Shown here in pieces: positions 1 to 8,288 of a stretch of 26,456 bases of DNA (its first letter is position 1; every line of letters starts with the position of its first letter). The notes below the pieces were generated by a model. The model worked only from the letters and a program-made list of their open reading frames with translations. It did no database searches and had not been told where the DNA came from. Both the position numbers and the translations under genes were made by a program. The stretch comes from Candidatus Cloacimonadota bacterium (GTDB taxonomy: Bacteria; Cloacimonadota; Cloacimonadia; Cloacimonadales; WRIO01), in assembly GCA_029564175.1 (NCBI GenBank), contig JAKQQL010000183.1:1-26456 (forward strand). Direction: 5' to 3'.

Positions 1-2
1 AG

Positions 3-410
3 TATAATGAAGCATTTAAAAACATCTTTACTTTACCTGAATATTCTGAAATTATTAATCAGGACATCCGGCTTTATATTGATGCCGATATATTTAATCC
101 TGAATACTGCGATAAACCCCCTATCCTTGTAACTTCTGAAAAACTCAATAAAGAGATTGAAGTGATTTCTTTCGATCTGGTAGAAGAAGGAATGCATGTT
201 GTTATCGTAACTGATATTACCCAGAAATCACAAAACAGAGAAAGAATCAATGCACTAAAGGAAAAAACAATAGAAAAAGCCAATGAAGTAATTCATAAAC
301 AAATGCGTGTGGCTCAGGAAATTGCATCTCTCCTTGGTGAAACTACAGCTGAAACAAAGGTCATTTTGCTTGACCTCATGAAAGTCTTCCGCGAAGAAAC
401 AAAGGAATAG
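3..410 (+). CDS. 3' part of PAS-domain sensory [FeFe]-hydrogenase (HydS/HfsB-like), truncated by window start
   Basis: The frame is open from position 3 (YNEAFKNIF...) to TAG at 408-410. It has a PAS-like start and a VTDIT end, then the tail VIHKQMRVAQEIASLLGETTAETK typical of group C sensory [FeFe]-hydrogenases. It lies directly upstream of a SpoIIE phosphatase and hydC/hydB. Confidence 0.8.
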   Translation, partial: YNEAFKNIFTLPEYSEIINQDIRLYIDADIFNPEYCDKPPILVTSEKLNKEIEVISFDLVEEGMHVVIVTDITQKSQNRERINALKEKTIEKANEVIHKQMRVAQEIASLLGETTAETKVILLDLMKVFREETKE

Positions 411-412
411 TC

Positions 413-1573
413 ATGGAAAACCTTTTTTTTGAAATCGCTTCAGCTCAAATCAATAAATTCAATGAAGAATTGTGTGGTGATTCCATCATCAGCCATAAAA
501 ATGGTGTCAGTTCTACAGTGATTCTTTCTGATGGATTGGGCAGCGGAGTCAAAGCAAACATCTTAGCAACTCTGACTTCCAGAATTATCTCCGTTATGCT
601 TAAGAACGGCTGTGATCTGGATGATGTGGTTGAAACACTCATTGAAACTTTACCTACCTGTTCATACAGAAAACTGGCTTACAGTACCTTTTCAGTAGCT
701 CAGTTACACAATTCAGGAAAAGTTCATTTGGTTGAATATGATAATCCGCCTGCGATTCTGGTAAAAAACAACAAGATTTTCCCAATTAAATATGATACCC
801 TGAATATCAGAGGTAAAAATATCAATGAAGCCGTTATTCCTTTAGAATTAGGAGACTGGTTGATTTTGATGAGTGACGGAGAAGTTCATGCCGGTATTGG
901 TGGTGTTTGGAATTTAGGCTGGTCATGGGAAAGAATTGCCGAGTTTATTGAAAGAATAATCCAAAAACCATTAACTGCACATGAACTGGCTTATGAACTC
1001 ACGAATATTGCCAAACAGCTTTATGCAGATAAACCTGGTGATGATACCTCGGTTGCAGTGATCAAAATCAGAGAAAAGAGAAAAATTAAAGTGCTTATCG
1101 GTGCACCTACAAAAAAAGATCTTGATAAATTTGTGGTTAACCGTTTTATGAACGAAGATACCAAAAAGATAGTATGTGGCGGTACTACCAGTAATATCGT
1201 GGGTCGTATCCTGGGTCGTGAAGTAGGCGTTGATATGGATTCCATAAAACCAGGTATTCCGCCGATTGGAACGATTAAAGGGATCGATCTGGTAACAGAA
1301 GGTATTATTACCATGAGCACCATTTTAAAAGAGTTAAAAAAGGAAAAAGAGATCCCGTTACAGGTTTTAGACAGAAATCATGATGGTGTGAGTTTACTGA
1401 TGAAGGAATTGTTAAACTCAGATGAAATCACTTTTCTGGTAGGACAATCCATGAATCCGGCACACCAAAACCCGGGAATTCCAAAAGAATTTGGTTTAAA
1501 GACAAAGATTACCGAAGATATTGCTAAGTATCTCAGTAAATTAAATAAAAAAGTCGAATTAGAATATTATTAA
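413..1573 (+). CDS. SpoIIE/PP2C-family Ser/Thr phosphatase (HfsC-like, hydrogenase-associated)
   Basis: Motifs LCGD, LSDGLGSGVKANILATLT, MSDG and GDDTSV, plus the C-terminal CGGTT/DLVTEG/NPAHQNP domain found in phosphatases encoded beside sensory hydrogenases. Confidence 0.9.
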   Translation: MENLFFEIASAQINKFNEELCGDSIISHKNGVSSTVILSDGLGSGVKANILATLTSRIISVMLKNGCDLDDVVETLIETLPTCSYRKLAYSTFSVAQLHNSGKVHLVEYDNPPAILVKNNKIFPIKYDTLNIRGKNINEAVIPLELGDWLILMSDGEVHAGIGGVWNLGWSWERIAEFIERIIQKPLTAHELAYELTNIAKQLYADKPGDDTSVAVIKIREKRKIKVLIGAPTKKDLDKFVVNRFMNEDTKKIVCGGTTSNIVGRILGREVGVDMDSIKPGIPPIGTIKGIDLVTEGIITMSTILKELKKEKEIPLQVLDRNHDGVSLLMKELLNSDEITFLVGQSMNPAHQNPGIPKEFGLKTKITEDIAKYLSKLNKKVELEYY

Positions 1574-1603
1574 AAAAAATAGAAAGATCAAACGGGAGGA
1601 ACA

Positions 1604-2095
1604 ATGATCGAAGAAACAATGGTAGAACAACTGAAATGGGTTGAAGAAGTCATCGCTCAATATGGAAAAAGCAGAACATCACTCATTCCTGTATTACAGG
1701 CTGTACAAACAAAATATCGCTATCTGCCTGAAGAAATTATGACACATATCTCAGCACAGATGGAGTTACCACTATCAAGCATTTATGGTGTAGCTACTTT
1801 CTATGCACAATTCTCTACAGAACCTAAAGGCAGACACATCATTCAGGTATGTGACGGAACCGCATGCCATGTCAGGGGAGCTAAAGAACTAATCGACAGA
1901 ATCCGTAAAGATTTTGATTTATCTGATGAAAAACACACAACAGATGATAAATTTCTTACTTTGGAAACAGTTGCCTGCATCGGTGCATGTGCAATGGCTC
2001 CTGCCTTAATCGCTGATGGTCATATTTATGGTCAGGTAAAAATTGATAAATTATTAAGTATTATTGAAGAATTAAAAGAAGGAGATGTACAATGA
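1604..2095 (+). CDS. nuoE: [2Fe-2S] subunit of NADH-dependent/electron-bifurcating complex (HydC/HndA/NuoE-like)
   Basis: GVATFY motif; CDGTAC and CIGAC [2Fe-2S] ligands; GGAGG SD upstream. Confidence 0.92.
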   Translation: MIEETMVEQLKWVEEVIAQYGKSRTSLIPVLQAVQTKYRYLPEEIMTHISAQMELPLSSIYGVATFYAQFSTEPKGRHIIQVCDGTACHVRGAKELIDRIRKDFDLSDEKHTTDDKFLTLETVACIGACAMAPALIADGHIYGQVKIDKLLSIIEELKEGDVQ

Positions 2096-4020
2096 AAGAC
2101 TTCCACAATACATTAGACGAACAAATCTTATACCATCCTGAACAACCCAGCAAAACTTATTGCCGTTACATGCTTGGTTTACAGGAAATATCTCCTGAAG
2201 AAACAGAAATTGCTGAAAAAATGACTGGTACATACCGTAAAGAATCAGGTACTTTCAAATGTCAGATTGCGATGTGTAAAGGTACTGGGTGTCAGGCTTC
2301 CGGAGAGATTCCGCTTAAAACAAAGTTTGACCAGGTTATAAAAGAAAAAGGTTTGGAAAAGGATATCCATTTAATCGAAACCGGTTGTCGTGGTTTTTGT
2401 GAAATGGGACCGATCATAGAGATTTTCCCTCAAAAAATATTCTACGTAAGAGTAACTCCGGATCATGTAGAAGATATTATTAATAAAACAATCTTAAACG
2501 GTGAAATCATTAATGAGCTGGCTTTTGATAATACTCCTTATGCAGATGAAATTGGTTTTTATAAAAAACAAACCCGCCGTGTATTAGGTGAATCAGGTAT
2601 GATTGATGCAGAAAATATCAATGATGCAGTTGCTGCCGGTTCTTATTTTGGTTTGAAAAGATGTTTGTTTGGAATGACACCTGCTGAAGTCGTTGATGAA
2701 GTGAAAAAAGCAGGACTTCGCGGTCGTGGCGGCGGTGGCTTCTTAACCGGTATCAAATGGCAACTGACTGCTAAGCAGGAAGAACCAGTAAAATATGTCG
2801 TTTGTAATGCGGATGAGGGTGACCCGGGTGCATTTATGGATCGTTCATTATTGGAAGGTGATCCTCATAAAGTCATCGAAGGTATGGCAATAGCTGCGTA
2901 TGCAGTTGGTGCTCAGGAAGGTTACGTTTACGTTCGTGCTGAATATCCCCTTGCTATCCAACGTCTTAAAGAAGCGATTGCCCAGGCAATGGAAGTGGGT
3001 TTCTTAGGCGAAAACATTATGGGTAAAGGTTTCAATTTCACCCTTAAAATCGCTCAGGGAGCCGGTGCCTTTGTATGTGGCGAAGAGAGTGCACTAATCG
3101 CTTCTATCGAAGGAAAACGCGGTATGCCAACCCCTAAGCCACCATTCCCTGCTGAAAGAGGCTTATTTGACAAACCTACCAATATCAACAATGTGGAAAC
3201 ATACGGTTCTGTACCTCATATCCTGAAAAACGGATGGCAGTGGTATGCTACTTTAGGCACCGAAAACAGCCGTGGTACAAAAATATTTGCTCTTTCCGGA
3301 AAAATTAAAAATACCGGTCTGGTTGAAGTTCCAATGGGTATCACTTTACGTGAAATCATCTTTGATATCGGTGGCGGTATTAAAGACGGTAAGAAATTCA
3401 AAGCCGCTCAGATTGGCGGACCTTCAGGCGGATGTTTAACAGAAGAACACCTTGACATGCCAATGGATTATGATTCTTTACAAAGAGCCGGTGCTATGGT
3501 AGGCTCAGGCGGGTTGGTTGTTCTGGATGAAACAACCTGTATGGTGGAAATTTCCAGATACTTTATGAGTTTTACTCAGGATGAAAGTTGCGGAAAATGT
3601 ATTCCTTGTCGTGTTGGAACCAAACAAATGTTGGAAATTATGGAAAAAATCGTTGCTGGTGAAGGGACAATGGATGATTTAAAAACATTGGAAGAACTGG
3701 CTGTCGTGGTTAAAAACGCTTCTCTATGTGGTCTTGGAAAAACAGCTCCAAATCCGATTTTGTCAACTATTAAATACTTTAGAGATGAATATATCGCTCA
3801 TATCGTGGATAAAAAATGTCCTTCAGGTGAATGCCAGGCTTTAAGACAATTCCATATTGATCCTGATAAATGTAAAGGTTGTACAAAGTGTGCCAGAGTT
3901 TGCCCAAATGGTGCAATTGTCGGAATGGTAAAAGAGGCGCACGAAATCCTTCAGGATAAATGTATCAAATGTGGTGCATGTGTCAGTTCCTGTCCATTTA
4001 AGGCAATTTATATTGGTTAA
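2092..4020 (+). CDS. nuoF: FMN/NADH-binding diaphorase subunit (HydB/HndC/NuoF-like) with N-terminal [2Fe-2S] and C-terminal 2x[4Fe-4S] domains
   Basis: Motifs GLRGRGGGGF, CNADEGDPGAFMDR, GAGAFVCGEE, GGPSGG and ESCGKCIPCRVG; two CxxCxxCxxxCP motifs; ATGA overlap with the upstream gene. Confidence 0.95.
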   Translation: MKDFHNTLDEQILYHPEQPSKTYCRYMLGLQEISPEETEIAEKMTGTYRKESGTFKCQIAMCKGTGCQASGEIPLKTKFDQVIKEKGLEKDIHLIETGCRGFCEMGPIIEIFPQKIFYVRVTPDHVEDIINKTILNGEIINELAFDNTPYADEIGFYKKQTRRVLGESGMIDAENINDAVAAGSYFGLKRCLFGMTPAEVVDEVKKAGLRGRGGGGFLTGIKWQLTAKQEEPVKYVVCNADEGDPGAFMDRSLLEGDPHKVIEGMAIAAYAVGAQEGYVYVRAEYPLAIQRLKEAIAQAMEVGFLGENIMGKGFNFTLKIAQGAGAFVCGEESALIASIEGKRGMPTPKPPFPAERGLFDKPTNINNVETYGSVPHILKNGWQWYATLGTENSRGTKIFALSGKIKNTGLVEVPMGITLREIIFDIGGGIKDGKKFKAAQIGGPSGGCLTEEHLDMPMDYDSLQRAGAMVGSGGLVVLDETTCMVEISRYFMSFTQDESCGKCIPCRVGTKQMLEIMEKIVAGEGTMDDLKTLEELAVVVKNASLCGLGKTAPNPILSTIKYFRDEYIAHIVDKKCPSGECQALRQFHIDPDKCKGCTKCARVCPNGAIVGMVKEAHEILQDKCIKCGACVSSCPFKAIYIG

Positions 4021-4081
4021 TCACTTTGCAGAATCTCTGATTCTGTAAAAAACATATACCCTCCCCAAAGCTCCAAAAGCT

Positions 4082-4118
4082 AAAAGTCGCAACGGTCTCC
4101 CCACCGTTGCACTTTTTT
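4082..4118 (+). terminator. Intrinsic terminator, probably bidirectional
   Basis: Stem GCAACGGT/ACCGTTGC (4089-4110) with loop CTCCCC, flanked by AAAAGT and ACTTTTTT; lies between convergent genes. Confidence 0.8.
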
Positions 4119-4243
4119 ATTAAATTTTATAATACCTTATCTACTCCCGTTTAAAACACTCAAATCCAGTAAAAATAAAATAAGTAACTAATAAGCTGAA
4201 AAAATCTGATTTATAATTTGGCAAAAATAATACTAAAATCTAT

Positions 4244-5092
4244 CTATATTTCAATGTAAATCTCAATATTGGATTTTTCTTTTAACTCACGTAACAGCTT
4301 AACCAATTTTAGTTCTGCTTCAATCTCGATCAGTTGTTCTTTAAGTGCATTCTTAATTTTATCAAATGGGGTTTTATTGTGTTTTCGTTTGTCAGTAATA
4401 ATCACGATATGATAACCATACTTTGACTTGATAGGCTGACTGATTTCATGATGATTCATATTAAAGACCACTTCATCAAGTTCAGGAATCAGTTCTCCTT
4501 TGACAAAATAACCTAAATCACCGGATTGACAGCAGGTAGGACATTCAGAACACTCTCTGACTTTTTTGAAGAAGGATTCCGGAGTATTGATTTCTTTACG
4601 CATTTGAGTGATTTTTTCTAAGGCCTGTGGATCAAAATCTTCTACCAATATATGAGAAATTCGGACAGTGTCTTCACATTCAAAAGCATTTATATTCTCC
4701 TGATAAAATTCTAAAAGCTTATCATCTGGAATTTCAATCTCTTTTTTTATATTGTCGTGTATAAATTTTTTAATAATCAGATGATTTTTTACATGGTTCA
4801 TTAACACATTTTCTGTTACATGATTTTCAATCATAAACTCTGCAAAATCATAACGTGAATTTAAATCAAGTAATGTTTTAAAAAAATTTTCTTCCACTTC
4901 GTTATTATTAACGATAATATTCTCATTAATTGCATGTTGTAACAATAAGGTATCGTCAATAATTTGAACTAAAACATCTTTTTTTATAGATTCTTCAGCA
5001 CAGATGATTGTTTCATCGTGTGTTAATACTGCTAATTCCAATAGATAATCTAATTTTGAAATTAAAAAGCCATTCACAGAGGCTAAACTCAT
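4244..5092 (-). CDS. Parvulin-type peptidyl-prolyl cis-trans isomerase with SurA/PrsA-like chaperone domain
   Basis: Motifs VRISHILV, SECPTCCQSGDLGYF and ISQPIKSKYGYHIV. I moved the start to the ATG at 5092 because it has a GGAG SD and an ATGA overlap with the miaA stop. Confidence 0.85.
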   Translation of the reverse strand: MSLASVNGFLISKLDYLLELAVLTHDETIICAEESIKKDVLVQIIDDTLLLQHAINENIIVNNNEVEENFFKTLLDLNSRYDFAEFMIENHVTENVLMNHVKNHLIIKKFIHDNIKKEIEIPDDKLLEFYQENINAFECEDTVRISHILVEDFDPQALEKITQMRKEINTPESFFKKVRECSECPTCCQSGDLGYFVKGELIPELDEVVFNMNHHEISQPIKSKYGYHIVIITDKRKHNKTPFDKIKNALKEQLIEIEAELKLVKLLRELKEKSNIEIYIEI

Positions 5093-6015
5093 ACATTCTC
5101 CACTTCTAAAAAACACTCTATTTCATGAATAATCTCAGATATATTAATGTATTTTTTTAAAAAAGCAAAATTAAAATTGCATTTTTTATACCAAGTGATT
5201 TGTCTTTTTGCATAATTTCGTGAATGCTGTTTTGCAAGCTCGAGACAAATCGAGAGAGAAGCCTTGCCATTTAAAAAAGGGAAAAACTCTTTGTACCCTA
5301 CACTGTTGAGTCCAAAATCATTTTCATTATAGCCCATATCAATTAAAGAGTGGATTTCCTCTATCAGGCCAATTCTCAACATATTGTCCATTCTCTCATT
5401 GATTCGCTGATAAAGTTCAGAACGATCGGGGTTGATTAAAATATTAAAAACACGATAAGGATTTCTCTCTTGCTGTTCATCCCAATGAGCTCTAATTGGT
5501 TTTCCTGTTGCTTTAAAAACTTCAAGAGCTCTTAAAATTCTTTGCTTATCCTGGGGATAAATATTGCTTGCTGAAACGGGATCATACTCTTTTAGCATAT
5601 CATAAAGAGTATCAAGTCCTTTTTGACAGTAAATCTCATAAAGTTCATCTTTGATTGTACTAGGGATGGGTTCATGTTCAAATAACCCTTCCGTCAGGGC
5701 TTTGATGTACATACCTGTTCCACCGCAAATTATGGGTATTTTTTGTTGGTGATGGAGTTTTAAAATCACATCTGAAGCATCTTTTATAAAATTGCCAGCG
5801 CTATATTTTTCATCAGGATTGACAATGTCAATCAAATGGTGTTTCACCCTTTGCTGTTCATTCTTGCTTACTTTCGCAGTTCCAATATCCATAAAACGAT
5901 AAACTTGCCGAGAATCAGCAGAAATTATCTCTGTTTGAAGCTGTTCGGCCAGTTCTATCGCAAATACGCTTTTTCCTGAAGCTGTAGGACCCTGTATAAT
6001 AATTAGAGGTATCAT
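5089..6015 (-). CDS. miaA: tRNA dimethylallyltransferase
   Basis: Motifs GPTASGKS, ISADSRQVY, DIGTAK, GGTGMY and YAKRQITW; directly downstream of mutL. Confidence 0.97.
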   Translation of the reverse strand: MIPLIIIQGPTASGKSVFAIELAEQLQTEIISADSRQVYRFMDIGTAKVSKNEQQRVKHHLIDIVNPDEKYSAGNFIKDASDVILKLHHQQKIPIICGGTGMYIKALTEGLFEHEPIPSTIKDELYEIYCQKGLDTLYDMLKEYDPVSASNIYPQDKQRILRALEVFKATGKPIRAHWDEQQERNPYRVFNILINPDRSELYQRINERMDNMLRIGLIEEIHSLIDMGYNENDFGLNSVGYKEFFPFLNGKASLSICLELAKQHSRNYAKRQITWYKKCNFNFAFLKKYINISEIIHEIECFLEVENV

Positions 6016-8018
6016 ATTCTTTTAAACCTCTTTTCCAGTTCGTAATACTCAATTTTAATAATAAGAGGTCTGCCATGCGGACAATAAAAAGGCTCATTAC
6101 ATTTATATAAATCCTGAATTAAGACAGCCATTTCGCGCTTTTGAAGTCGTTTTCCAGCCTTTATAGCTGCCTTGCAAGCCATTGACTTAGCAAGAGAATC
6201 TCTAAAATCATCATACATTGTGAATTCCTGTTGTAACTGTCTGATCAAATCAATAAAAACATCACCACCATCCCAATCATCGAGTTCATGAGGTATTTCA
6301 TCAATCACAATTGAATTCTGACTAAAAGTCTTAATATTAAACCCTATCTTTTCAAAAACAGGCAGATTTTCTTCAATTAAAGAAAAAACTGATTCTGCCA
6401 GATAGTGTGGCAAATCAACTACAACAGGAAATAAAAGTCTCTGCCTGACGGCCTTTTCTCCCTGCATTCGTCTGATCATTTTTTCATAAATGATCCGTTC
6501 ATGAGCTGCATGCTGGTCAATGACATAGATACCTGTCGTGTCCTGTAAAAAAATATAGAGAAAATTTACCTGCCACATATTACTATATTCATCCACATTT
6601 TGAAAAATTGTTTCATAAATTCCCAATGGCAAAGGTTTCTCATCTTTTTGTACCTGCCATACCGAAGGAATTTCCTGATTGTTTAGCGTTTTACTCTTTT
6701 CATTTGCTATAGAAGTGATATTTTGATTGTGAAAAGCATAAATATCATCTTGACCGTTTATGTGCTTTTTATCATCAGCTTGTATTAAAGTATTATCCTC
6801 AGATTTATAGTTATTCAAAGTCAGTTCATGTCCTCTTAAAGTACTTTGAGATGAAAGCCTCTGTGTATTCTGTATAATTTGATTTTTTTGATTAAAAAAA
6901 TCTCTATCAACTGTTTTTTTGATAATTTGCTTTTCAAAAGGGGTAATCGGAGATTCAGGATTTGTTGAAGTAACTTTTTGCCTAACAATTTCGTATTTCT
7001 GCTTTTCATACTCGTCAATAGCTTCTATAATTGTTTGTCTGACAAACTGATATACCAACTGATTGTCTCTAAATCTAATCTCTAGCTTTGCAGGATGTAC
7101 ATTCACATCGACCTGTTCAGGATCAATATCTAAAAAAAGAATATACATTGGTAGTTTTCCCATTTGAAAATAATTATACTTCTTTAAAAAGGGTTCCAGA
7201 GCACTTTTTAAAGCGGCAAAAACAGTCTTGTCATGGATATATCGACCATTGACAAACAGATAATGAATATCCTCTACCCTTTTTTCTGTATTCTCAATCA
7301 GTTCTATATAAGCACTCATCCGAACAGCATTCCATGACTTGTTAATCCTCAGAAAATTGATCTGACTGAAACCACTTCCAAAAATATCAAGTAAACGCTG
7401 ATCGATAGTTTCTACTGCAGGATAGTTAAATTTTTCTTTACCATTATGGGTCAAAACAAAACTAATCTTTGGATATAATACCGACTGATAATGCATATAA
7501 TTCAAGATATGCTTAAATTCTACAGGCTCAGTCTTTAAAAATTTTCTTCTGGCAGGAATATTCATAAAGAGTTTTTTTACAGTAATTTGAGTACCTTTTT
7601 TTGCTGAAGTCTGACGTATTAGCTGTAACTTACCAGAATCATAGACAATTTCTGTAGCAGTTTCTACCTCATCTGTTTTTGTAATCAGAGTAAAATGACT
7701 TACAGAAGCAATACTGGGTATTGCTTCCCCTCTAAAGCCTAAACTGTTAATGTGTATGATGTCTTCAACTTTACGAATCTTACTGGTAGCATGACGCTCA
7801 AAGGCTAGTTGAGCATCTTCTTCACTCATACCAATCCCATTATCAATAATTTGAATCAGATCACGACCACCATTAACAATATGAACAATAATCTGAGTAG
7901 AGTGAGCATCTATACTATTTTCAACTAATTCTTTCACAACAGAAAAGGGTCTTTCAATAACCTCTCCGGCAGCAATTCTATTGGTAACATCTTCTGCTAA
8001 TATTTTAATTCTTCCCAT
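6012..8018 (-). CDS. mutL: DNA mismatch repair endonuclease MutL
   Basis: Motifs IAAGEVIERP, KELVENSIDA, GFRGEA and DVNVHPAK; endonuclease motif DQHAAHERIIYE; ACKAA and CPHGRP. Confidence 0.97.
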   Translation of the reverse strand: MGRIKILAEDVTNRIAAGEVIERPFSVVKELVENSIDAHSTQIIVHIVNGGRDLIQIIDNGIGMSEEDAQLAFERHATSKIRKVEDIIHINSLGFRGEAIPSIASVSHFTLITKTDEVETATEIVYDSGKLQLIRQTSAKKGTQITVKKLFMNIPARRKFLKTEPVEFKHILNYMHYQSVLYPKISFVLTHNGKEKFNYPAVETIDQRLLDIFGSGFSQINFLRINKSWNAVRMSAYIELIENTEKRVEDIHYLFVNGRYIHDKTVFAALKSALEPFLKKYNYFQMGKLPMYILFLDIDPEQVDVNVHPAKLEIRFRDNQLVYQFVRQTIIEAIDEYEKQKYEIVRQKVTSTNPESPITPFEKQIIKKTVDRDFFNQKNQIIQNTQRLSSQSTLRGHELTLNNYKSEDNTLIQADDKKHINGQDDIYAFHNQNITSIANEKSKTLNNQEIPSVWQVQKDEKPLPLGIYETIFQNVDEYSNMWQVNFLYIFLQDTTGIYVIDQHAAHERIIYEKMIRRMQGEKAVRQRLLFPVVVDLPHYLAESVFSLIEENLPVFEKIGFNIKTFSQNSIVIDEIPHELDDWDGGDVFIDLIRQLQQEFTMYDDFRDSLAKSMACKAAIKAGKRLQKREMAVLIQDLYKCNEPFYCPHGRPLIIKIEYYELEKRFKRI

Positions 8019-8146
8019 ACAATCCTAACGTATTTTGTTTATTGACAATCTAAATCAAATGAAAGCTAATGCCAAATTTATTTTTTAAACCATTGCTTAT
8101 AAGTCAAGCTATTATTATGCAATATAATAAAAGATAGAAATTTCTC

Positions 8147-8174
8147 TTGCTAAAAATCCAAAAAAAATTAAAAT
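8147..8174 (+). promoter_or_regulatory. Putative sigma70 promoter
   Basis: TTGCTA-N16-TAAAAT upstream of a GGAGG SD in the divergent intergenic region. Confidence 0.45.
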
Positions 8175-8201
8175 GGGACAATAAACAAATCTGGAGGTTG
8201 A

Positions 8202-8264
8202 ATGATAAAAGACTTTTTGATTTTGATTAAAGAGAAAAAGATAACTAATTGTGAATACAAATAA
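8202..8264 (+). CDS. Putative 20-aa leader/small ORF (MIKDFLILIKEKKITNCEYK)
   Basis: GGAGGT at 8193-8198, ATG at 8202 and TAA at 8262-8264, just upstream of the antiporter SD. Confidence 0.35.
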   Translation: MIKDFLILIKEKKITNCEYK

Positions 8265-8288
8265 AGAGATATTCAAAGGAAGCTATTA

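Noticed and set aside
162..410. 82-aa stand-alone ORF from the ORF track
   Set aside because: The frame is open back to position 3, so it is the C-terminus of a longer gene.
74..3401. Minus-strand ORFs 74-283, 445-642, 1021-1323 and 3216-3401
   Set aside because: They are antisense shadows of well-supported genes and have no recognisable motifs.
1604..4020. Respiratory complex I (nuo operon)
   Set aside because: No membrane nuo genes are present, and the domain content and context match HydBC-type modules.
5093..5116. Longer parvulin start at 5116
   Set aside because: It lies inside miaA; the ATG at 5092 has an SD and a standard ATGA overlap.
8058..8074. sigma54-like TTGGCA on the minus strand upstream of mutL
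   Set aside because: There is no GC at the -12 position (it reads CA).
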